From: a virus
Lineage: Duplodnaviria; Heunggongvirae; Uroviricota; Caudoviricetes
Reading direction: 5' to 3' (one strand)
Length of the DNA stretch: 64,000 nt
Virus record (IMG/VR): IMGVR_UViG_3300026097_000012
Location: 8,953-72,952 of that record
Shown: positions 10,919-19,713 of the stretch, in pieces
Layout: each line of letters starts with the position of its first letter
Position numbering within the stretch: position 1 is the stretch's first letter
Position numbers and translations under genes: made by a program
Notes under the pieces: generated by a model
What the model was told of the DNA's origin: nothing
Databases searched by the model: none
Seen by the model: the letters and a program-made list of their open reading frames with translations, nothing else

Positions 10919-11701
10919 ATGTTAGAAAAATTAAAAAGGCTTCCACTAAATATTATATTAATGATAGTAATAGTAGTGCTTGTGTTATTATATTTAAAAC
11001 AATGTAATAGATCTTCTAATTTAGATTCAGATCTTAAAATTGCAAATATGAATAGTCAGGTTTTTAATGATAGTATAACTACGTATAGAGATAAAGCAGG
11101 AAATCTAACGTACGAGAAAGGCATCCTCGTTGCATCAGAGAAAGATTTAAAAGATCTTAATAAAGAACTATATAATGAAGTAAAGGAGCTCAAAGACAAT
11201 CCTAAAATAATAATCAAGGAAAGTATTGTTATAAAAGAGGTTCCATTCGAAGTCCCGACTTATATTAATGTATACCCAGATGGATCTACTGGACTTTCGT
11301 GGAGCAGAGATACTACTTATAACAATAGAAATTATCAAAAGTTAGAAGGAGAAACTAGATTTATATACGATTCTCTTGGAATACATAATCCATATACAAT
11401 GATAAATTCTAACGAAATTGGAATATCATTTATAACAGGAATCAAAGAGGGTAAAGATCATTATGAAATATTTATAAAATCTGATTATCCTGGATTTACA
11501 GTTACTGATATTCAAGGATCTATATTAGACAAAAAGATGATTCAATCAAATGAAAGCGCAGTTGTATTTGGTCCATCTATTGGATATGGAGCAATACTTA
11601 GTCCAAATGGAACAATTGGACACGGAGTCACAGTTGGGTTTAATGCTACTTATAATCTAAATAGACACTTCAAAAAGTTATTCAAAAAATATAATTTATA
11701 A
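10919..11701 (+). CDS. hypothetical protein with N-terminal TM anchor
   Basis: N-terminus LNIILMIVIVVLVLLYL. Confidence 0.5.
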   Translation: MLEKLKRLPLNIILMIVIVVLVLLYLKQCNRSSNLDSDLKIANMNSQVFNDSITTYRDKAGNLTYEKGILVASEKDLKDLNKELYNEVKELKDNPKIIIKESIVIKEVPFEVPTYINVYPDGSTGLSWSRDTTYNNRNYQKLEGETRFIYDSLGIHNPYTMINSNEIGISFITGIKEGKDHYEIFIKSDYPGFTVTDIQGSILDKKMIQSNESAVVFGPSIGYGAILSPNGTIGHGVTVGFNATYNLNRHFKKLFKKYNL

Positions 11702-11703
11702 GC

Positions 11704-13731
11704 ATGTCAGTACAAAGTAGATTCATAAGTTTATCATCATATTGTTTAGTTGAGTATATGTTTGAACCAATGGGTTCAACTAACTTTCTAAGTGATAATG
11801 TCATTCTATTAAAGAATGATAAATCAGGAGTATATCAAATATACAATGAAGATAGTTCACTGTCAAACACTAGAAACATAAGAGACATAACAGTAACACC
11901 CATTGGAAACAATAAGATGGTTTATCTAGATTCTGAAAAAGTCCCTAATTATATAGATTATGATAATGACATGACAGAGACCCTACTTACTGGTTATAAC
12001 GTAGTGTATGATAGAGTGAGATTTCACTTTGTATCTGGATTTGATTTTGAAGGATTTGAGGCACTTATACTAGCAGTAATGAATAAGCAAAATAATGGAG
12101 AAAATCATTTATTTGCAAATATTTTACTTGCTCCTGAAACTATTTCAGAATTATTAACATTTAATTCTAAACCTCTATTCTTATCAGATTCACAATTTGA
12201 TAGATACATTGACGTATTAGTTCCATCAATTAAGAATATAAATCAAGATTATGACGTTGCTCCTAATCCATCTATTACTTTTTCTGCAAATATTACTCCT
12301 ACTACTACTGGTGGACATAGTGCGTTTATAACAAATGCACCAATCACAGTAACCCTATCTGAATGTGCTAAACGTTCTAAACTAGCAACTAATGTAGGAA
12401 TAAAATATGATACATTTGAAATAACTGAAAACTATGATGCATCTGTTTCTCAAACAAATGAGTTTGATAATGTAGGAGCATCTGTGAATGAATCCTCTAA
12501 TGGAGATTTTATAGAATACTATTTAACATGGAATGGGGGATTCCCTGAAGAATTAATATCGATTTTAAATAAAAGAAACCCTAATGATGATTGGGTAATA
12601 ATTCATCAACTTAGTGTATTTGAACAGGTTGGAAGTTCCTTTCAAAACACATCTAGACAAATTATATTTCAAGAAGACAGTTATGATGAACCTTTAGTTT
12701 ATCGTCCAGTTTTAAAATTTGCCGGATCTGCAATTAGCATGTCAATTGATTTACTATCTAGATTAACAAATAGAAGAAACGGAGAACAGATTATTAGAGA
12801 AGCTTCCTATACTTTAATATCTCCTAAGAAATATGGAAGAAAACTTAATGTTATTCCGTTAAGTGATGAACCACAATCGCAAAAAGTATATAATAAGATA
12901 ATTAAAAAGGATTTTGAATCAACTAACTTATTCATTGAGCCTTCATTTGCTCCAGGATTTAATACTGAGATCCCAGTGATAAATGAACCGGTTACTACAA
13001 CTGAATATATTCCAGTATTTTTTAACAATAATAACATCTCTATTTCAAATAATAACGGGATGCTAAAAACAAGGGACATAGCGGATGAAATTATATTTGG
13101 ACCCGGAGCTCTACGCTTCGTACTGTCTCCGTTTGATAATGTAATTAAGTTAAAAATGTTTAATATAATTAATAAGAAGCCTGTTCCGTTAGATCTTAAT
13201 TTAACAGCCGCTTCATATAAAATGACATTTGAAACACAAGAAGGTAAAATACAAGTTCAAAATGATAATAGCGATAAGACAGAAAACTTATCAAACGGAG
13301 AAATATCATTTAAGATATCTAAAAAGGATAGTACTGTGATATTAAAGTCTTCAAATCAAACTGTGTATATTACATCAGTTTCACAAGAAGGAACGGAAAC
13401 ATTAATGTACACGGGAGAATGGAGAAAGCCAACCCAACAAGACGAAGTAGATAGAGCTATTAAAGAAGCAAAAGAAGCATATGCTGAGATTGAAAATAGA
13501 GAATCTAAAATAACAGAACTAGAACGCAAAATAGAACAGCTTACATCAAGGGAAGAGAAATTTAAATTTTCAATTAATAAAAATACACTAATTAAAAAGA
13601 AAGCAGTAGCGCCAACTGTTAATAGATTTGGAATGAAAAGTCCTAAGAAAATTAGAACTGATGTTTCCAATGCGGGTAGGAAGTCAAAATCATTAGTCGA
13701 TTTATCTAAATTGACTAAAAATAGTAACTGA
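11704..13731 (+). CDS. hypothetical large protein (675 aa), possibly structural
   Basis: Long ORF with a C-terminal coiled coil; no motif recognised. Confidence 0.55.
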   Translation: MSVQSRFISLSSYCLVEYMFEPMGSTNFLSDNVILLKNDKSGVYQIYNEDSSLSNTRNIRDITVTPIGNNKMVYLDSEKVPNYIDYDNDMTETLLTGYNVVYDRVRFHFVSGFDFEGFEALILAVMNKQNNGENHLFANILLAPETISELLTFNSKPLFLSDSQFDRYIDVLVPSIKNINQDYDVAPNPSITFSANITPTTTGGHSAFITNAPITVTLSECAKRSKLATNVGIKYDTFEITENYDASVSQTNEFDNVGASVNESSNGDFIEYYLTWNGGFPEELISILNKRNPNDDWVIIHQLSVFEQVGSSFQNTSRQIIFQEDSYDEPLVYRPVLKFAGSAISMSIDLLSRLTNRRNGEQIIREASYTLISPKKYGRKLNVIPLSDEPQSQKVYNKIIKKDFESTNLFIEPSFAPGFNTEIPVINEPVTTTEYIPVFFNNNNISISNNNGMLKTRDIADEIIFGPGALRFVLSPFDNVIKLKMFNIINKKPVPLDLNLTAASYKMTFETQEGKIQVQNDNSDKTENLSNGEISFKISKKDSTVILKSSNQTVYITSVSQEGTETLMYTGEWRKPTQQDEVDRAIKEAKEAYAEIENRESKITELERKIEQLTSREEKFKFSINKNTLIKKKAVAPTVNRFGMKSPKKIRTDVSNAGRKSKSLVDLSKLTKNSN

Positions 13732-13736
13732 GACTG

Positions 13737-13750
13737 ATAAATAATAAAAA
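13737..13750 (+). promoter_or_regulatory. phage promoter-like motif ATAAATAATAAAAA
   Basis: Exact 14-mer 15 nt upstream of ATG 13766. Confidence 0.5.
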
Positions 13751-13765
13751 ATAATTTGCATAAGA

Positions 13766-15589
13766 ATGAAGGATTTTGTAAATAACGTAATACGCGAATT
13801 AAAGAATGATTCTAGTTTAAATGATAACTCTTTAGTAAAATTAGTAATTGAGTCAACCGACAAGTCGATTGCTAATAACAATACATATGATAATATATAC
13901 TTAGAGCTTAAAAATTCTCTAACGGAAATTAATGAGCATTTAAAGAATACTAAGATAAATGGACTATTATCACAATTCACAAAACAAGAAAGAACACCAG
14001 ATTCAATTCTAAATGAGATGAGTAAGGTTGCTGATTTAAGAAGTAAGATTTCTTTGATTAGAGAATCAAACGCTTATTCAAACCCAATTATAAAGTCAAA
14101 GGTAGATAACTATCAGAATGAACTTAACACTGGAAAACCTGAATTCAGATTATATCCTTCTTTTATCAGTGAATTCACACAGCATATACATGAAAGTTCA
14201 GTTAAAAACGCAGTTGATCAGGTTGTTAATGTTCTTGAAAATAGAGCAACTGATCTAGAGGTACTAAATACAATTCATATGATGAATGATTCAAATGGAG
14301 TAACTAGGATGTATGAGTCAATCGCTGATTCATTAAAGAGTGCTCTAGTTGAAAACAAATACAGTGCAGATATTATTAATTTAATGCATGGAGAATCTAA
14401 CCTTCCGTTAGTAACTCAACTTGTTAATAATCTAAGAATAATGGAATCATCCAAAGACGGCTCATTTACTCTAGGATCTGGATCAACTGATACTAGAATT
14501 CAAAATTTAATTGCACCTGCAATTAAACTTAAAACTGGAATATTAACATATACTGATGGTAGATTCATTAAGATATCCGAATCTAATAAATTAACTGGTA
14601 ACGAAACTGAGGTCCACATTAATGAAGGATTTACAATTGCTACTATGAATCCTGAATTTATTCAAGCAAAATTCCCAGAGTTTTATAACCTATCAGAAGC
14701 ATTTGCTACATTAGGATTTGTACCTTCTCAATCTAGAGAAGGAGTAGAAAGTAATTCTATCAGAAACTTTAAACTTGGTTTAAATACAAATGAATCTAAT
14801 GGATTAGACATTTACTTAAATGGAAATAAAGTTGATGGATTAGGATCTATCAATTTATCAGAATCTCTAGTTATGGAAAGACCAGATGTTAGAAACAGAG
14901 TAGAATATGTATTTGAACATCTTGATAAAATCGTTACATTCGAATTCATTAAGAATATCACAAACGATAGACTTATATCAGAGGCTACGGTTTTTGAATT
15001 ATCAGGAGATTACGTAGTATGTAACAAGACTAATGCAGCTGAAAGAGTTTGGAATAAAGTTGACGAACATCAAATGTTTGATTTCTTTAATGAGAACTTC
15101 CAATATGATATTAGTCCCGTATTTAAATCTAAAATTGATGAGTCTATTGCAGAAAAAAGAAGAATTGAAGAAGCTAAGGCAACTATCATGGAAAATGTAG
15201 CTAAATTAGAAGGGTCAGTTAAGAAATTAAATGAGACTATTAATTCTAAACATGTTGATCAGTCTCAAGTTGTAGAATTAGAAAAACTTAAAACAAATAT
15301 TCAAGAATCTATTTCTAAATTGAAAGAAGATTATATTAATGTTGATCTAGCTAAATCCGGTATTAAATCTCAAAAGTCTAAAGTAGATGAAGGTGAAATG
15401 CCAGCTGGACTTAAAGCTTATCATGAAAAGAAGAAAGCTAAGAAAGACGGTAAGAAAAAAGAAGACGACGGAAAAGATAAAGAAGACAAAGATGATAAAT
15501 CTAAGAAAAAGAAAGATGATAAGGGAGAAGTAAATGAAACACTTGATACTTCTGCTCTAATGGCTAAATACGGAAAAGTACATAGTTAA
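13766..15589 (+). CDS. hypothetical large protein (607 aa) with lysine-rich C-terminal tail
   Basis: Promoter motif at 13737..13750; terminator downstream. Confidence 0.6.
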   Translation: MKDFVNNVIRELKNDSSLNDNSLVKLVIESTDKSIANNNTYDNIYLELKNSLTEINEHLKNTKINGLLSQFTKQERTPDSILNEMSKVADLRSKISLIRESNAYSNPIIKSKVDNYQNELNTGKPEFRLYPSFISEFTQHIHESSVKNAVDQVVNVLENRATDLEVLNTIHMMNDSNGVTRMYESIADSLKSALVENKYSADIINLMHGESNLPLVTQLVNNLRIMESSKDGSFTLGSGSTDTRIQNLIAPAIKLKTGILTYTDGRFIKISESNKLTGNETEVHINEGFTIATMNPEFIQAKFPEFYNLSEAFATLGFVPSQSREGVESNSIRNFKLGLNTNESNGLDIYLNGNKVDGLGSINLSESLVMERPDVRNRVEYVFEHLDKIVTFEFIKNITNDRLISEATVFELSGDYVVCNKTNAAERVWNKVDEHQMFDFFNENFQYDISPVFKSKIDESIAEKRRIEEAKATIMENVAKLEGSVKKLNETINSKHVDQSQVVELEKLKTNIQESISKLKEDYINVDLAKSGIKSQKSKVDEGEMPAGLKAYHEKKKAKKDGKKKEDDGKDKEDKDDKSKKKKDDKGEVNETLDTSALMAKYGKVHS

Positions 15590-15610
15590 GTCTTTACACT
15601 CTAATAATAC

Positions 15611-15640
15611 TAAAGCGGATATTTTATCCGCTTTTTTTAT
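15611..15640 (+). terminator. rho-independent terminator
   Basis: aaagcggata ttt tatccgcttt followed by a T-run. Confidence 0.8.
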
Positions 15641-15695
15641 GTTTAATAAAACGGAAGTATAATTTTTAGTATAATAATAAAAAAAACAATATTAT

Positions 15696-16061
15696 ATGGA
15701 AACATTAAACGATGTAAAAGGAGCCTTTGTTGGATCTTTGGTTAGAAATAACAAAAAGATCCGTGAAGACAGAGCAATTGCAATCGCTGAAGAAGCGGAC
15801 ATGAAGTATAAGCGTAAAGTTGAAGATCTTCAAATCAAAATCAAGCAAATGAAAAGAGAGCGTGACAACATGTTGGATATGAGTCCAACTAGTGCAGACT
15901 CTTTAGTAATGGCTAGTGATTTCGACGGAGATCAATTTGTAGAGAAGGACCTAAAATTAGGTGTGGATATCAGAAATCTTGAGATTAAACTTGAAGTTGC
16001 TCAAAAAAGATATTCATTCTTATTTGAAGGTGAATCAGAAAATGTAACCACTGACACATAA
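15696..16061 (+). CDS. hypothetical coiled-coil protein; first gene of the modification operon
   Basis: ORF; AT-motif variant at 15671..15686. Confidence 0.5.
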   Translation: METLNDVKGAFVGSLVRNNKKIREDRAIAIAEEADMKYKRKVEDLQIKIKQMKRERDNMLDMSPTSADSLVMASDFDGDQFVEKDLKLGVDIRNLEIKLEVAQKRYSFLFEGESENVTTDT

Positions 16062-16954
16062 TGGGACATTCAAGTTATTCAGTACAGAGCAGAGTCTCGT
16101 CGGCAAGGTCGGCGCACTATGCCACTGCAAGTAGAGATGAAATCTTTACGCAGTCGAAAGAAAGAAAGGCCCATGAATTAATGGCATCTAAGAACATTGC
16201 TCTTAGAGAATCTAATGATTCGGAAGAACATCCGAATACAGTACCAGTTCAGTTATATTTAGATGTAACTGGATCAATGGGTCACATTCCACATGAAATG
16301 ATTAAGGACGGACTTCCTACATTAGTAGGTACTCTAGTTCAAAATGGTATTCCAGATGTTGCTTTAATGTTTGGAGCTATTGGTGATCATGAGTGTGATG
16401 GAGATCCTCTTCAAGTTGCTCAATTCGAATCAGGAGATGAGGAATTGGACATGTGGTTAACACGTACTTACCTTGAAGGTGGAGGCGGTGGAAACGCTGG
16501 AGAGTCATATCTATTAGCATGGTATTTCGCAGCGTTCCATACGAGAACTGATGCATGGGACAAGAGAGGTAAAAAAGGATTTGTATTCACAATTGGTGAT
16601 GAACCTAATTTACAATCTCTTCCAATCTCAGCAGTTAAAGAAGTAATGGGAGATAATGCCCATGGTCAAGCTACATATTCCGCTGATGAGTTATTAGCGG
16701 CAGCTCAGGAAAAGAATCACGTATATCACATCATGTTAGAGCATGGATATAGAGGAGGTTATACAACTGAAGAATGGAAGCAAAAACTAGGTGATAGGTG
16801 CTTAGTAGTTCAAGACTACAAAGAAATTAGTAAATTAATTTCTGATACTATTCTATCACATGATACTAATGTTGATCAAAGTAATCTACAAACTGCTCCT
16901 TCTGATACAGGAAGTACAAGTGGAGGTACTGATCACGTAGAACCAATGCTATAA
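16061..16954 (+). CDS. von Willebrand factor A (vWA) domain protein
   Basis: MIDAS-like DVTGSMG plus Gly-rich downstream motifs. Confidence 0.7.
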   Translation: MGHSSYSVQSRVSSARSAHYATASRDEIFTQSKERKAHELMASKNIALRESNDSEEHPNTVPVQLYLDVTGSMGHIPHEMIKDGLPTLVGTLVQNGIPDVALMFGAIGDHECDGDPLQVAQFESGDEELDMWLTRTYLEGGGGGNAGESYLLAWYFAAFHTRTDAWDKRGKKGFVFTIGDEPNLQSLPISAVKEVMGDNAHGQATYSADELLAAAQEKNHVYHIMLEHGYRGGYTTEEWKQKLGDRCLVVQDYKEISKLISDTILSHDTNVDQSNLQTAPSDTGSTSGGTDHVEPML

Positions 16955-18093
16955 TGATAGTTATTGGAGCCGGATTTGGAGATGAGGGTAAGGGGTTAAC
17001 TACCTCTTACCTATGCTCTAAATGCAAAAATCCTCTCGTTGTGAGATTCAATGGAGGCCATCAAGCAGGTCACACTGTTGTTAAAGATGGAGTTCGACAC
17101 GTATCATCTACATATGGAGCTGGAGCTTTATATAATATCCCAACTTATATCAGTGAATATTGTACGTTTTTTCCAACGGCGATGTTAAATGAACTACATA
17201 AACTACAAGAGGACAACTGTGTATCACCTCGATTGATAGTTCATCCTCTATGCGCAGTTACGACACCTTTTGATTTATCATATAACCAAAAATTAGAAGA
17301 TGATAGAGGGACCCGTAGACACGGATCCGTTGGAGTTGGATTTGGTGCAACTCTACAAAGACAAGAAGATCACTTTAAGTTATTTGTACAAGATTTAGAA
17401 TTTCCAAAGATAGTATGGGCAAAGCTTAAAAATATTGCTGAATATTATAATTGGGATTTTGAAACAGCAATGGACATACTTGATCTAGATTCGTTTATGG
17501 ATGATGTTAAATATGCTACTGAAAGTATTGACATTATGAATTATTCCGAAATTAGAGACGAACAAAGATGGGATTTAGTTTTAGAAGGAGCACAAGGAAT
17601 ATTATTAGATCAAGACCATGGATTTTTTCCAAATGTAACTCGTTCAAATACGACTACTAAAAATGCAATGGATGTATGGTCTAAATTATCAAAGGGAGGA
17701 TTCTATTTAACTCGTCCAGATATTTATTATGTAACTAGAACATATCAGACTAGACATGGAGCTGGATATATGTCAAATACTGATGATATAGAATCTCAAC
17801 TTGTCAACAATGAAGATGAGACAAATAAAAGTCATGATTATCAAGGAAACTTTAGAATAGGATCTCTTGATCCAGAAATGTTAAACTACGCATTATATTG
17901 TGATCAGAATTATGCTTCAAAGGAATCTAATAAATATTTAGTTGTTACATGTATGGATCAATTTCCAATATCAATTGATAGATTAAAAAAAGAATTAATT
18001 ATGGAATTTGATGGTATTTATGTATCACATGGACCAGATCCAGACAATATTACTGAATATGAAGGTGAAACTGAAAACACATCAATAGTATAA
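16954..18093 (+). CDS. adenylosuccinate synthetase-like enzyme (PurA/PurZ family)
   Basis: N-terminal GAGFGDEGKG P-loop and RFNGGHQAGHTVV, both hallmark PurA motifs; PurA vs PurZ cannot be told apart by eye. Confidence 0.8.
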   Translation: MIVIGAGFGDEGKGLTTSYLCSKCKNPLVVRFNGGHQAGHTVVKDGVRHVSSTYGAGALYNIPTYISEYCTFFPTAMLNELHKLQEDNCVSPRLIVHPLCAVTTPFDLSYNQKLEDDRGTRRHGSVGVGFGATLQRQEDHFKLFVQDLEFPKIVWAKLKNIAEYYNWDFETAMDILDLDSFMDDVKYATESIDIMNYSEIRDEQRWDLVLEGAQGILLDQDHGFFPNVTRSNTTTKNAMDVWSKLSKGGFYLTRPDIYYVTRTYQTRHGAGYMSNTDDIESQLVNNEDETNKSHDYQGNFRIGSLDPEMLNYALYCDQNYASKESNKYLVVTCMDQFPISIDRLKKELIMEFDGIYVSHGPDPDNITEYEGETENTSIV

Positions 18094-18100
18094 TAAAGAT

Positions 18101-18379
18101 ATGGCAAAACAAAAATCAATTTTAGAAGAAGCACATGAGATCGTAAATGAACGATCTGAAGAAGCAGACAGAAACTACGGACCTTTCTCAGAAGGAATGG
18201 AACGTGCCGCAATGATCTTTAATGGCATGACAGGACACAATGTTTCTGGCGGTGATATGTTTAAAGCACTAGTTGCATTGAAGTTCTCTCGTGAGTCTTA
18301 TAATCATAAGAAAGATAACTTATTAGACGCAGTTGCATATATTCAAGGATTAGAAAATTACGAAAATGAAAAAAAGTAA
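18101..18379 (+). CDS. small all-alpha nucleotide pyrophosphohydrolase-like protein (phage dATP/dGTP pyrophosphohydrolase / MazG-like family)
   Basis: Pattern E.A..IV.ER...YG....F.R.A.I...G..V...D...A.VALK.SR....H..D.L.DAVAY recalled from phage NTP-PPase-like proteins. Confidence 0.5.
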   Translation: MAKQKSILEEAHEIVNERSEEADRNYGPFSEGMERAAMIFNGMTGHNVSGGDMFKALVALKFSRESYNHKKDNLLDAVAYIQGLENYENEKK

Positions 18380-18617
18380 AATACATATATTAATAACTGG
18401 AGAACCTAACTCAGGAAAGAGTCGAGTTTTAAAGTTCATTAAAGATTCTTTAAATAAAGAAGGATTTAATGTTGATTTTAATGGAGGAATAGATTTTAAT
18501 GATGAATCTGACTTTGATAGACATCATGATAAAAATCTAAAATCGGGAATTTCCCAAATTTCAGAAATAACAGAAGTATCAATTGAGGAAAAATCAGTAA
18601 AAAGAGGATCGATATGA
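18366..18617 (+). CDS. mini P-loop NTPase-like protein (83 aa)
   Basis: Walker A GEPNSGKS. Confidence 0.5.
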   Translation: MKKSKIHILITGEPNSGKSRVLKFIKDSLNKEGFNVDFNGGIDFNDESDFDRHHDKNLKSGISQISEITEVSIEEKSVKRGSI

Positions 18618-19624
18618 AGAAAATAGCATTAACCTCCGTATTTGCAAACTTAACTTACAATGATAAAAATCATAGAGGGTTGGAAGCAATGTTCATCAAG
18701 AAAATGATGGAAGAAAAAGGAGCACAAGTCGACTGTGTTGGATATAAAAATAGAAACATGAAAGATCTTGATTTCTATCATAATTATACAGACACCGATT
18801 TTTCTGAATATGGTGCAGTTATAGTTCAATTATCTACTCCTAATTTCTTCGGAGGAGTAATGGGAGAACATTGTGAAACTATTTGTAATAATCTTGCAAA
18901 ATTTGAAGGTAAAATTTACTTTCTTATTAATGATCCACGTATCCCACCAATGAATTATGCAAAAACTATATCAGATCGATTTGATCTATGCAATGATGCA
19001 GTTGAACCGTGGGAAAGAATTCTAAAAGAGGCTACTCATTTATTTGCTGGAAAAGATATAAAGCAATTCTTAGGATATGAACCTGAAAATTGGCAACGTG
19101 TCGATTGGTTCACGTATATTTTTAAGGAAAGATTTACAAACTCAAATCAATTTGATATATTTGCTTCAGCTAATGAAACTCTTGAAAAAGAATATGATCT
19201 AGTTTACTTTGGAGATAAAAGAGGATCATTCAGAGAAAAACAATTAAGAAAGTATTTTCCAGAAAATACTAAAAATCTTAAAATTGGATATAAATCCGAT
19301 AAAGTTCCAGGTGAGTTCATAAAGAAATTAAAACACGAGGATCTAATGGCTAAATTAGATTCTGTAAAAGTTTCATTTATCACAGGTGACGAGGAGCATC
19401 TTGATAATGTTACGACATATAGATTCTACGAAACACTAGCATCTAACTGCCTAGCTGCAATTCAAATTGAATATGATCCGGAAAAAACTTTAATTCAAGA
19501 TCCAGTTCTTAAGGATTTACTTTATGTCGAGAACCAAGACGACGTTAAACGATTGATTGAAGCATATTCTCCAGATCTTATAAATAGACAGAGAGCAGAG
19601 TTAAGAAGAATATTCGATATGTAA
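18614..19624 (+). CDS. T4 beta-glucosyltransferase (BGT)-like DNA glucosyltransferase
   Basis: Multiple blocks match T4 BGT from memory: MKKIAL/MKIAII, PNFFGG/INFFGG, KIYFLINDPRIP/KIYYLFTDIRLP, RFYETLAS/RVWETMAS. Confidence 0.85.
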   Translation: MKKIALTSVFANLTYNDKNHRGLEAMFIKKMMEEKGAQVDCVGYKNRNMKDLDFYHNYTDTDFSEYGAVIVQLSTPNFFGGVMGEHCETICNNLAKFEGKIYFLINDPRIPPMNYAKTISDRFDLCNDAVEPWERILKEATHLFAGKDIKQFLGYEPENWQRVDWFTYIFKERFTNSNQFDIFASANETLEKEYDLVYFGDKRGSFREKQLRKYFPENTKNLKIGYKSDKVPGEFIKKLKHEDLMAKLDSVKVSFITGDEEHLDNVTTYRFYETLASNCLAAIQIEYDPEKTLIQDPVLKDLLYVENQDDVKRLIEAYSPDLINRQRAELRRIFDM

Positions 19625-19639
19625 GATACTACTTACATG

Positions 19640-19672
19640 ACTCAAGGAGGCCCTCAAACGAGGGTCTTTTTT
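19640..19672 (+). terminator. terminator-like hairpin with T-run
   Basis: ggccctc aaac gagggtc tttttt. Confidence 0.6.
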
Positions 19673-19686
19673 GTTTATAGTATTGA

Positions 19687-19700
19687 ATAAATAATAAAAA
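19687..19700 (+). promoter_or_regulatory. phage promoter-like motif ATAAATAATAAAAA
   Basis: Exact 14-mer 13 nt upstream of ATG 19714. Confidence 0.5.
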
Positions 19701-19713
19701 TAACTATGCATTC

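Noticed and set aside
16954-18093. Ordinary housekeeping PurA captured from the host
   Set aside because: The second P-loop lysine is replaced (GDEGKGL), and the gene sits in an operon with a DNA glucosyltransferase and a phage-type NTP pyrophosphohydrolase-like gene. That points to a modification role; it cannot be proven without alignment.
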